From positions 12,214,001-12,278,000 of the forward strand of contig JBHGNT010000004.1 of assembly GCA_043228905.1 (NCBI GenBank): DNA of 64,000 nt, in the 5' to 3' direction. Positions 13,457 to 25,140 of this stretch are shown one piece after another; positions within the stretch are counted from its first letter, which is position 1; each line of letters opens with the position of its first letter. A program made the position numbers and the translations under genes. The notes beneath the pieces are model-generated. The model made no database searches and was not told where the DNA came from. It saw nothing but the letters and a program-made list of their open reading frames with translations. The DNA comes from Azolla caroliniana. Taxonomy: Eukaryota > Plantae > Polypodiophyta.

Positions 13457-13520
13457 GGATTTTTAGTTCGGACTATTGCGGAGTGGGGAAGTGATAGTCC
13501 GAGAAGTCCTGAAATCCCAC
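13457..13520 (+). promoter_or_regulatory. Putative -1 ribosomal frameshift signal (G GAU UUU plus H-type pseudoknot) between protease and RT
   Basis: Heptamer directly before the TAG stop; 12-bp stem 13468-13479/13491-13502; loop GTGGGG pairs with TCCCAC 13515-13520; -1 frame open to 13906. Confidence 0.75.
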
Positions 13521-15086
13521 ACAGGAAGAAGACTCTCGAAGCAAAACCAGTACGAATCGGTCCGGATGGGGCATCAATGTACGCAGCCGTAGCCGGAGGA
13601 ATGAAGAAAGAATACCGAAAGGTAGAGAGTAAGTTATGGTCGGCATCAATAATAAAAGAAGATGAAGAAATCGTGGGGATAGTCGAAGAAGTGTTCTATG
13701 GGAGCATGCTACAACGGCTTGAAGAGCTTGTAGAAGGTAAAAACCAAGAAGACCAGGTAGTCCCGGTGGAATCGGTCGAGATGTACGAGATCATTGCAAA
13801 AATGGGGCCGGTATGCGTTACACAAAGAAGAAGTAATGGTAAGTACGAAATACAAGACTGTGGAGAAGAAAGTGAAACCGGCCGCAGGACCGTTACCCAC
13901 CGATAGCGAACAAAAGAGGAAAGAAGTCTCGAGAGATCCAACACTTCGAAAGTCCGTGGATATCAGACATGCCTTCTTGGATGAGACCCGGAAGAAACTT
14001 TGGATCGGTGGAGGTGGTTTCCTCTCACAAAAAGAAGAAGAACGGTTTCGTGAGATGCTGGAACAACATGGAAAAGCATTTGCATTTACATCGAAGGAGA
14101 TAGGGTGTGTTGATCCGAAGATAGTGGAGCCGATGGTGATCTTCACGATTGACCATGTGCCGTGGAGCCTGAAGCCGATTCCGGTGTCGCGGGCGCATAT
14201 TCCGAAAGTCATCGACTTGCTCAAGGAGAAGGTGGCGATGGGGATTCTAGAACCATCAAACACCCCGTACTCAAATCGATGGTTTACGGTTCCAAAGAAG
14301 AATGGGTCACTCCGATTTATCCAAGACTTGCAACCGGTGAACAAGGTCACGATCCGGAATTCCGGAGTCGGTCCGATAGTGGACGAATTTGCGGAAGCAT
14401 TTGCCGGTTGCGTGATATACTCCATCGGAGACCTATACTCCAGATATGACCAATTCCAACTAGCCGTGGAGAGCCGAGACATCACTACCATGTGGACACG
14501 GATAGGATTAGTCCGGATGTGTACGCTACCACAAGGCGCGACGAACTCAGTCGCACATATGATGAATGCGATGAACAAGGTGCTAGGGGATTGCATACCG
14601 TTCCTAGATGCCGTTCCTAGATGACATTTCGATGAAAGGGTCTGCGGTGGAAGAAAAAGATGAAGCTATGGATGAACGGGGATGCCGAAGGTTCGTAGTC
14701 AACCATATCCGTGATTGTGAGAAAGTGTTACGCAAGTTAGAGGATGTGCATCTAACACTTTCCGGAGAGAAATCGGCATTCGGACAAGAAGAAATATTGG
14801 TAGTCGGACATCTATGTGGGCCCTACGGCCGAAGACCGTCACCAACCAAGATTGGTGCGATTCAAGCTATGAAAGAAGTATGCGAGTCACAATCCGAAGT
14901 CCGAAGGTTTCTTGGAGCATGTGCACTCTATCACATATGGATTCCGCACTACGCACATATTGCGGACCTGCTCTATCACTTGTTGCAGAAGGGGAAGAAG
15001 TTCGAATGGAAACCGGAACACACCGAAGCCATGAGGACGCTCAAGAAAACATTGCGGAAGGCTGAAGCTCTAAAGAAGCCGAACTA

Positions 15087-16580
15087 TGACCGCTTATGCC
15101 ATAGGTTAATATCCGATTCAACCTTTTGTCCTCTCGCGTACAACATGGTTCCGGCTTGATTAGTGTCGAGGATAAACATCCTCCCTTCACGGCGCCCTTG
15201 TGCGATCACTTTGCCTTCCTCTTCTATGAAGCAGCCAAGATGCGTGAATTGAACTTGCATACCTTGGTCGACGATCTGACCGACCGACACTAGGTTCTTC
15301 GTAATTGTCGGGATGTGCAACACGTTCATGAGTTTACCTTTCTGTCCGACGTGGCTGAGAGGAACTTCATTGATATGTTCGATGGTATGCGGAGTGTCCT
15401 CTCCCGTTTCGACCACTCCTTGTGATTCCGGTTTCTCCAAGTACAAGAACCATTCTTTGTAACTCATCATATGATTTGATGCTCCGGAATCAACATACCA
15501 CACCTCACTTGATTTCGAGGTGTTCACGGCCATAGAATTGGCCTTATGCTTCATTACGAAAGCTGGGCCTGATTTATTTCAGGTTCGTTCAGAGCCTTCT
15601 GCGTAGTGCGATCTCTGACGCCTCTCTGCGTCTCTTCAGCCTGATCCGGCTTTGTTCGAATTGGCTCACTTTTTCTAGCACTCACTCTCCTTGTGGCCTT
15701 TCTTGCCACAATACCAACAATCCGGCGCGGTCTTCTCTTGCCGTCTACCGACGCCGCCATCACTCCCCCTGCTTGCGGAGGGTTCGGAATTGCTTCCAAC
15801 ATCTCTATCATGTCGTACATTCTGCTCTTTTCGGCCACCTCCATTGCGCGTTGATCCGCCTTGTCCATCATGACCACGGGGCATATCATCCTCCGTGTAA
15901 AGCATCATGCCATCGGCGTGCGCACTCGTCGACCCACTCGTCGACGCACTTACGTGGTTTTCTTCTACGAGCAACATTGACTGAAGCTCGAAAAACGAAG
16001 GTGTAATCTCCCTCATGCAGACTGCCATTCGGAAAGGTCCGAACTTTGACGCCAAGCCACAAAGACAAACGTGCACCATTTCATCTTCCTCGATGTTCAC
16101 GTTGATGGAGGCGAGAGAGTCGTAGATTTCTTTGATCTTGGTGGTGTAATCAGCCACCGACATATCTCTTTCTTGTACATTGCTGAGCTCCTATCTGAGC
16201 TGCAACTTTCTGGCCGTTGTGCTGGCGGCGAAAATCCTTTTGAGATTCGCCCACACGTCATTCAGTGTCTTCGCATCCCGAATATAGCTCAAAAGTTGAT
16301 CGCTCACAAAGGACGTGAAGCAGTACAACACTCTGCTTGCCGCTTGTTCCCAAGCTGGAAAATCTCTATGTGTCGAATCGGGAGCTACATCATTTGCTCC
16401 TTCGACATAACACCAATAGCCATGGCCGAGTAGGTATTGGTACATCTTGTAAGACCAAGATGCGTAGTTGCTTCTGTCAAGATTTTCAGTCGGAAGTGAG
16501 CTTCCAATTCCTCTGTCCATAGTACTGTCTTTTTCTTCTCTGGAAACGAACAACTTCAACTCTGTTTCGTCGCAAGCTTT
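15087..16580 (-). mobile_element. Copia fragment E (gag, Zn knuckle, protease, GAG-pre-integrase)
   Basis: LDRSNYASWSYKM; CWYCGKKGHKESEC; WYVDSGASNHM; NLWHKR; both ends are deletion junctions. Confidence 0.9.
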
Positions 16581-18206
16581 TCTTGTTTCGTTTCCAGATA
16601 GCTGGGAGACATTGGTTGTCAACTTGGGCAACGCCGGGCCGGAAGGAAAACGGTTATCCCTGGCAAGAGTGAAATCGAGCTTGCTAGATGAGGAGGCGCG
16701 TCGGAAAGACAAGGATACGAACTCCGACTCCAAAGCGCTCATTACCGAATCGGAATGCGGAAGACAAAGGAACTGTAGTCCCCAGAACCGGGAGAAGTCA
16801 GGGACACGATCAAAGTCAAACGGGAGGCCTACCTGATTCCATTGCGGCAAGCCAGGATACTTCCAGAAGAACTGTCGGCACTTCCGAAAAGACAAGGAAA
16901 CCGACGACACCAATTCGAAGCGGACACCGGACCGGAACGGTAAAGTCTGGAGGGGGACGGACCGGAAGGGAATGATGGCAATCGCAGAAAGTGAAGAAGA
17001 GTTGATGCTCATCACCGAGGAGAGTGAGGTAAACCTTGCCGACGACAAGATGACCCGGAGCGTCGTTCCACCTTACCCCGAACCGGAAATGCTTCTCATC
17101 CTACTCAGCCGGTGATCACAGCTGTGTCCGGATGGGGAATGAAGGTACATGTCGAATTATCGGCATAGGAGACGTGTGGTTGACAACACCAACCGGATGC
17201 AAGCTTCTGCTGAAGGATGTCTGAACCTGATATCAGCCGGTCGGCTAGATGATAAATGCTACACGGGTAGCATCCGGAACGGTGTTATGAAGTTCAGCAA
17301 AGGGAGCCTGATTGTGGCTCGGGCCCGGAAAGTCAACACGTTGTACCTGATGAATGCCCGGTTATGCCTAGAAGAAGTGAATGTGGCATCCGACACTGCC
17401 GGTGAGCTGTGGCACAAGAGGCTGTGTCACATGAGTGAGAAGGGGATGAAGAGGCTTGCAGACGACAACCTCATTCCAATGAAGAACGTGCACTTGGAGA
17501 AGTGCATTGATTGTCTGGCCGGTAAACAAAACCGGACCTCCTTCCAATCGAGGCCACCGATAAGACGTAATGCACCACTGGAGTTAGTGCATACTGATGT
17601 ATGTCAAGTGGACACGAAGTCACATGCCGGATCATAGTACTTCGTGACGTTCATAGATGACCACAGCCGGAAGCTGTGGGCCACACCGTTGAAGACGAAG
17701 GATCAGGTGTTATCCGTCTTCAAAGAGCTCCACGCGAGAGTGGAAAGAGAAACCGGCCGGAAGTTGAAGGCGGTTCGAGCAGATAACGGAGGTGAATACG
17801 GGGGGCGGTTTGAGGAGTACTGTTGCTCGAAGGGAATCTGGCTCGAATTACCATGCCGAAGACGTCGGAACTAAACAGGCTGGCCGAGAGGATGAACCGG
17901 ACCATAATGGAGAGGGTCCGGAGTATGTTGGCGCATGCAAAATTACCCAAGACGTTTTGGGCTGAGGCGTTGTACACGACGACGTATGTGATAAATAGAT
18001 CACCCTCAATGCCCTTGGATGGAGACACAACGCAGAAGGTGTGAACCGGTAAGGAAGTGTCCTACCGGCATCTGAAGGTGTTCAGGTGTCTCATGTACGT
18101 ACATGTTGCTAAGGACCGGAGAGGAAAGTTTGATCCAAAGACCTGGCCATACATATTCCTAGGATACGGTGATGACGAGTTCGGCTACCGAGTGTGGGAT
18201 CCGGTT

Positions 18207-18697
18207 GACAAGAAGGCTTTCCGGAGTCGAGATATTATCTTCATGGAGGACAAGACTCTTGCCGACTGGGAATCAGAGAAAAAGATAAGGAACCCCGATG
18301 AGATTCAGACACTCGAGGAACCAGCCGGTTACGGTGAGGATACCAAACCGGCAGAAGAAGAAGTGGAGGAAGCTGAAATCGGAACCGGCCAAGACCCCGG
18401 ATCGGATTCAGATGAAGAACAAATAGTGGAGCCGGTTGCCGAAGGCCAAAGACAAGAAGGCTTTCCGGAGTCGAGATATTATCTTCTTCATGGAGGACAA
18501 GACTCTTGCCGACTGGGAGTCAGAGAAAAAGATAATGAACCCCGATGAGATTCAGACACTCGAGGAACCAGCCGGTTACGGTGAGGATACCAAACCGGCG
18601 GAAGAAGAAGTGGAGGAAGCTGAAATCGGAACCGGCCAAGACCCCGGATCGGATTCAGATGAAGAACAAATAGTGGAGCCAGTTGCCGAAGGCCAAA
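18207..18697 (+). repeat. 244-bp tandem duplication in the IN-RT linker of F
   Basis: Copies start at 18207 and 18451; GAC microhomology at the junctions. Confidence 0.93.
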
Positions 18698-20358
18698 GAC
18701 GGAGATATCCTCTCAGAGAGAGAAGGGCACCCCGGAGATTTCCAGATGCAGAGCATGTGCTGCTGACCGATGCGGGAGAGCCGGAAAGCTTCGAAGAAGC
18801 GAAGGTTGACGCCCACAGCCGAAAATGGTTAAGTGCCATGCAGGATGAGATGGATTCCCTGGATGAGAACCATACATACGAATTGGTGGAGTTGTCGAAA
18901 GGAAAGCAGGCACTCCGAACAAGTGGGTGTACAAGTTGAAACCGGGAGATGCCGGCAACCCCTTGAGATACAGAGCCAGGATCGTGGTGAAGGGGTTCCA
19001 GCAAAAGAAGGGCGTGGACTTCGACGAGATATTTGCCCCGATAGTAAAGATGACCTCCATCCAGACGGTGCTGAGTATAGCGGCAAGCATGGATCTCGAG
19101 GTAGAGTAGCTGGAAGTGAAGACGACATTCCTTCACGGTGACCTCGAAGGGGAGATCTACATACAGCAACCGGAAGGATTCGTGGAGAAAGGGAAGGAGC
19201 ACCTGGTTTGCTGGTTGAAGAAGAGCCTGTACGGACTGAAGCAGGCTCCCCGACAATGGTACCGGAAGTTCGACTCGTTCATAACCAATCAAGGGTAACA
19301 CAAGACGCAGGCCGATCACTCCGTGTTTGTGAAGAAGTTCGAAGGAGGCGACTTCCTGATACTCCTTCTGTACGTGGATGACATGTTGATCGTCGGACGG
19401 GACCAAGCCAAAATACGGATGCTGAAGAAGGCTCTCAATCAAACCTTCTCAATGAAAGACTTGGGTCCGACAAGACAGATGATGGGGATGTATATCATCC
19501 GAAACCGGCCAACGAAGCAATTGTGGCTGTCACAGGAGAAATACGTGACAAAGGTGCTTTAGCGGTTCAACATGTTAGAAGCGAAACCGGTCGGATCGAC
19601 ACTCCCGGCAAATTGCAGATTATCCGGTAAGCAAAGCCCGAAGACGAAAGCAGAGAAGGCTGATATGATGAAGGTTCCATATGCCTCTGCCGTCGGGAGC
19701 TTAATGTACGCAATTGTGTGTACCCGACTGGATATAGGATATGCAGTCGGATTGGTGAGCCGGTTTATGAGCAATCCCGGCAAAGAGCACTGGAATGCGG
19801 TCAAATGGATACTCCGGTACTTGAAGGGCACTTCGGATATGTGTCTCCGATTCGGCTCCGGTAAACCTGAACTTGATGGTTTTACCGATTCGGACATGTC
19901 GGCTGATGTGGATACCAGTCGGTCTACATCCGGGTATGTAATGACATATGCAGGGGGAGTTGTTTCATGGCAGTCGAGGCTGTAGAAGACGGTTGCGTTG
20001 TCAACCACGGAAACGGAGTACATGGCGGTTGTGGAAGCTGGCAAGGAAATACTATGGATGAAGGACCTCATCAGAGAGTTCGGTATCCAGCAAGATGAAT
20101 ATCGGCTCTATTGCGACAGTCAAAGTGCCATCCACCTTGCTAAGAATGCAACGTACCATTCCAAGACAAAGCACATCCAGCGTAGGTATCATTGGATCCG
20201 GGAGCTAGTAGAAGATCAAGAGTTCGCGCTGATGAAGATCCACACGGCCGAGAACGGGTCAGATATGCTGACCAAAGTACTGATACCTGACAAGTTGGAT
20301 GCATGTCGGAAGCGGATCGGACTAGTAAGACATCCCATGCCGGAGTGAAGGGGGAGTT

Positions 20359-20748
20359 TGTTAGGAAACAGGTCCCTCCGGATGGGAAGTGAGAAGAACA
20401 GTGTTGATGAGCAAATTCGGCCGAGGTCGATAGGCAGAGGCTGAATCCGGATGTGGTGTACCCGGCAAGGAAGACTCGGTGAGAACCGGATGCGGAGTAC
20501 CCGGCTATGGAAGACCCGGTGAGAACCGGATGACGAGTACCCGGCAAGAGCCGGATGGTGAAGGCCCGGTGAGAAGCGCTTACCGGATGAAGGGACATAT
20601 TAGTAAATATGTTTTCTGAGAGTCCATCGGGGCTATATTTGTAAATAGCCGAAAATTCATATTGTTATAAATATGACTTAGGGCAAACTCAGTATACATC
20701 ATAGTAGTTGTCATTCTTGTTGGTGCAAGATTAGAGCGCGTAACTGTG

Positions 20749-20788
<40 letters not shown>

Positions 20789-21050
20789 GAGGTCATTGCC
20801 TCTGTTGTGGCGAAGATAGCAAGCTCGAGGTCGTTGCCTCGGTGCTTTACTATTGTACATTGTGATATAGTGATAGTTTGCAGTCTGTGGGCTGCCGTGG
20901 TTTTTCCCCTAGTTTGGGTTTTTTCCACGTTAACATCCTGTGTACTCTTCTCTTCACTGTGTCGTGCGTGCATTACCCATTTTCTATGTTTTGATTCTAG
21001 GCTCGGTTGTGGCCGAGTGTTGTTCAAGGGAGTGTGTATTCCTGTCAGAC
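20359..21050 (+). repeat. 3' LTR of F with ~42-bp internal repeats and a (GA)n tract
   Basis: TGTTAGG after the PPT; CCGGATG..GTACCCGGC..CGGTGAGAA units at ~20447-20590; (GA)n at ~20752-20785. Confidence 0.8.
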
Positions 21051-22714
21051 CGGTGCAGTCGGATAGTTAGTTGGCTACACGGATTCCGATTGGGCCGGAA
21101 ATGTCGGCAATCGATGATCAACTTTCGGGTTCACTTTTTCACTTGGGATTGTCGCGGTCACCTGGAGCACCAAGAAGAAGCCGACAGTTGCACTATCAAG
21201 CACCGAGACCGAGTACCAAGGAGCGGCTATCGCTACATGCAAAGCCATTTGGCTCAACTAGTTATTGAAGGATTTGTGAGTGGAGGTGTCTTATCCGGTC
21301 GTTATCTATTGTGACAACCTTAGCAGTATCCAGCTGGCAAACAACCCCATTTTCCACGCACGGAACAAGCACATTGAGGTATACTACCATTTTGTCTGTG
21401 AGCGTATCCTCTCCGGTGAAGTCGAATTGGTATATGTTCGTACGGATCGGCAAGCGGCCAATATCTTCACCAAACCCTTGGGTCTTGACAAGTTGCGGTA
21501 ATTTTCGGGCATGCCTTGGTATGTAACACTTTGATATGCCGAACTTGAAGGGGACTAGCGAGAGGAACTAAAGGGGGATACATGGTCAAGAAGAAATGTA
21601 GAATCAAGTTGGAGAAGATAAAGCCAAAAATGAATATCTCCGAAAAGCTGAATCAGATGCCGAATTCGATTTCGGTCCGACTGAAGAAGTCGTAATGTTC
21701 GGGTCAGTTGGGGAAGCTGAGGATGAATGGATATGTGCAAAAATATTGGCCAAATGGAGACTTGTCAAATGTAGGGGAAGTGACCACAAGGGAAAGCCCA
21801 AACCAGAGCCAATAGAACCGAGAAGGGCAAGAGAGGCGGCAGAGTCCAGAACGACAGAGCAGACCGATTAAAGGCCAAGACGAGAACATAGGCGAATGTG
21901 GTCAAGGGTAGAATGGAGGACAAATCGGAGACAGTTGATTCAGTCCATACTCGAAGTGAATTGGAAGCACCTGATTCAATCAAAATGTTCAATTTGGAGG
22001 AGCCGAATCGATTGGCCAAGCGGTCAAAGAAGGCAACCAAAATCGAAGTTGACGCCGACACGGAGAAACCGACGGGTCGAGGGGAGTAGACAACGATGAA
22101 ACTGACTTGGGCCAAGGGATTAGACAAATTGACCAAGAAGGTCGAGGTACGCAGAATTGGACCGGTTATTGGAAGAGGAACCAAATTGGACAAGGAGCAC
22201 GAGCCAGGCGGGAAGACGCCAAGAGGAGCCGGAGGAAAGGACCGGCGGACACAAACACGATGATCTAACCTCAAGTTGAGCTTGAGGGGGAGTGTTGAGC
22301 GGAGGAGCTCAACCAGATCCGGATCAGTTGGATAAGCCAGAGCCGGATCAGTGTCTGGATCGTACCCGGAAACCGGAGAACCAGATCATAATCTGGAATA
22401 GTGTGAACTGGTAGGCCGTTAGAGGCCTACGGTCTAAGCCTAGTACATAGGCATATTCCTCGATGTTAGTGTAGGGGCTCATTTATGAGCATCCAAGTAC
22501 TTATGGTACTTGTGTGAGCTCTTGTAAGGACTTGTATAAAAGTGCTCTCTGAGCACATTCTATGTATAGAATGTTTTTCAAATATAGAAGTTTTGTACTC
22601 TGCTCTAAACTCTGTCTCTCTTGCGTATCTATGTTTAAGGTTTCCATTAAATCTTCATCTCTATTTTTTGTTGTCTGTTGTTATCCAGCGGAGCCGGTTA
22701 TCTTAGCTTCCACA
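21051..22714 (+). mobile_element. Copia 3' fragment G (RNase H, long 3' UTR, PPT, LTR 22293-~22714)
   Basis: VGYTDSDWAG; YCDNLSSIQLA..HARNKHIEV; GAGCTTGAGGGGGAG then TGTTGAG. Confidence 0.85.
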
Positions 22715-22729
22715 CGGTATCGTTTTCAG

Positions 22730-24487
22730 GATGACCTCGGTGTGTCGTGACGCGGCCTCCTCCACTATCCTCTTCATCCCACCTCGATTGGTGTTCAGCT
22801 CGAGGGGCTTCGGTATCTCGCTTGCATGCACCCGATTGTTGCACAGGTACACTACATTGCTCTTAAGTGCATCGGCGAAATCGACGCAATGTCTCCGCAT
22901 GTGGCAGATGCCATCGCACCACATGCATCTCTGGTCAATCAGTGGGTGCCAATCGCGCGATTGACTGTTGCCTTCCCTCTACACCTGAGCAATCTGAAGA
23001 TCTCGCACCATCTTGATTAGGTCCTCCAAAGTTGCACCCCCGGAACGGCCCAACGAGCACATTAGCCGAAGTCACGCCCGACTCAAGCCACTGTCTGGTC
23101 TCTTTCATTTGAGTCGGTATCGGTTCCTCCAACTTCCTCCCAGCAGTAGGGCAGGTCATCGACGACTCCGCATCGTTCCATTCTCACCGTTTGTCAAAAT
23201 GGCTGCAAACTCTCTTGACTATGGCCCAATCAGCCATGAGGCCTTCGTTCGTTTCCAATAGAAGACCTACCTTCTCCCAGTCAAGCACGTTGATGGACTT
23301 AATGAATTGTAGGACCGTGTTCATATCGAGCATGGTCCGGTCTAACTCCGAGAGATGGCCGAATCATTTTTCAAACTATAGGAGGAGCACTAATGTATTC
23401 CTTCCCTTTTTGGGGCTCTCGACCCACTCTATAAATTCCCACCTTGACAACTAGAGCAAGTCGTTGAAACCATACCTTTCGAGCAGCCATCCCTCAAATT
23501 TCTCCTAGTCCTGGAAGTCTGCGTAAACCTCGAGCACCTCCACATGGATGCTCAAGGTTACTACTTGCGAGAATCTAGACAACCGCATATCCTCCAAGAT
23601 GTCTCACATTATCATTTCGGCCCGGTAGGCCTGCAAGTAGCTCATCACGTCCTTTTTGTTCAATCGGCCTATCGTGCCAACTATCATTTCGACGGCCTTG
23701 TCGAGGACACCGGCGCTTTCACGAGCATTCACCAGGCGATCGACAACCACCGCCATTGCTTCTACAAGTTCACTTCCTCTCATTTCAGACTCCTTTGCCG
23801 CACCGTTTCCCGTTGGGTTCATCAAGATGTCACGGTATTCCACGGGTTCGTGCAGGATAACTTCGTCGGAACGTTTCTCAAACCAATGCCAGCCGATGAG
23901 CGCACGGGCTCAGAGATGTATATTGTTCCGTACTGGTGGCCGGATAGCGGCGAAGAAGTCACAGGCTCTCACCCTCAGATACGCACATGCAAAGAGGAAT
24001 AGAACCAAGGTAAGAACACAGGCCTAGGACACCGCGAACACAAGATGAACAAAAACAACGCGGGAGTGCCCGAACACAAGAAGAGACTTAGCAAATACAA
24101 AAGATTAACATACAAAACAAAAATATTACAACCGGACGTGGCCAGCAAAAGGAGCTTCGAGCTCCCAACACTCGCCCACACAGAAGCTAGTGAGCCTTTG
24201 ATTGGGAACACATGGGCTACCAACGCGAAAGGAAGGTCTCACAACATGACGACAGAAAACATAGAATGGGAAAACGGAAATCTGCAGAGCTCAGCCCGGT
24301 AGCACTTCGTTCTCTGAAATCGTGGATCCCTTCTCTGTGTTCTCTCCTGCCTTTTATAGCTTAAGGAGAGAGATACTGTTACATCAAGGTGTTAAGACAA
24401 CCACTTTTCCCATCCCCGATTTTCTCCTTGACTTCTTCTTATCAATCCCTACTATTTCTCTATGGGTCGAAGCATGCTACGGTGTAC
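22730..24487 (-). mobile_element. Gypsy 5' fragment H (LTR ~23924-24487 plus gag with Zn knuckle)
   Basis: gag GRLNKKDVMSYLQAYRAEM is homologous to C/P gag; CMWCDGICHMRRHC..GGMKR; LTR end GGAACA at 23924; TATAAAA at 24358-24352. Confidence 0.75.
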
Positions 24488-24799
24488 CAAAAAAGTATTG
24501 TTTTTGGCCAAAAAAAACACGAGTACTATTAGTACTAAGTAATTATAAAAAAATAAATTGAAAATTGAAAATTTTAAAATCTTTTTAGGGAGTGGGGTGG
24601 GGGTAGTACACGTTGCATTTAACTCATGGAATGGGGGGAGACAATTGCTACATATTTAGGACTGTTTTGGGGGCTATTTCCCCCTCACTTTTAATTGAGC
24701 ATGCCACATTAATTGATTTTGGCGCTTTTGACTATCGTCTCCTCTTCGTTCTTCCAACCAAGCCCATCTCAGATTCGTCGTTTTGCTATTCTTTGCATC

Positions 24800-25140
24800 T
24801 TAGGTATTCACAACATGCGAATGTCCCCATCTCAGGTATTCACCAAAGACACTTCTTGGAGATGACTGAGGTAATTCATTTTTTTTATCTATTTGGTTTT
24901 AAATATTTTTTGTTATACTAAAGGATTCTATTAACATTAACTATTTATTGAGTGTTGTTGGCTGAATTGTTCATGAACTTCAAAGACCAACCTCCTAGCA
25001 TCAATCTTGGATTTCGCAAGTTCCAAGGTTTGAAACCGTTTTTTGTTAGAAAGTTAAAAGAGAGGAACACATGTTGTTGTGTGTACCACATGAAAATGGA
25101 CATGTTAAGGCTTGGCCTGAACACTATGCATACTGATTCT
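24800..25140 (+). pseudogene. Possible DNA-transposase relic (Sola2-like Cys/His motif), apparently with an intron
   Basis: GFRKFQGLKPFFVRKLKERNTCCCVYH resembles the F..LRP..V…CxCxxH motif recalled from Sola2 transposases; GTAATT donor at 24871. Confidence 0.4.

Larger units (their letters stand above)
11902..15088 (+). mobile_element. Gypsy element D (Trp group): truncated 5' LTR fused to gag-PR-RT; 3' end lost
   Basis: Starts TGTCGTAGTG like the C LTR; deletion junction at ~12169; knuckle CIWCDSTEHDRRDC; protease LIDHGSEINL; RT WFTVPKKNGSLRFIQDL..LPQGATNS..PFLDDI. Confidence 0.9.
16581..21050 (+). mobile_element. Copia element F (Tnt1/Tork-like), 5'-truncated
   Basis: PDSWETLVV gag; integrase VHTDVC..RADNGGEY; RT LLLYVDDMLI; RH FTDSDMSAD..KHIQRRYHWIR; PPT GAAGGGGGAG; 3' LTR from 20359 (end truncated). 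Confidence 0.93.

Noticed and set aside
13709-19442. Long antisense ORFs (13709-14596, 16191-17048 in part, 18576-19442)
   Set aside because: Shadow frames of pol coding sequence or chimeras across deletion junctions.
22715-22730. CGGTATCGTTTTCAGG after the G LTR as a degenerate iMet PBS, implying a tandem element
   Set aside because: Only GGTATC and CAGG match, the LTR end is uncertain, and no Copia interior follows.
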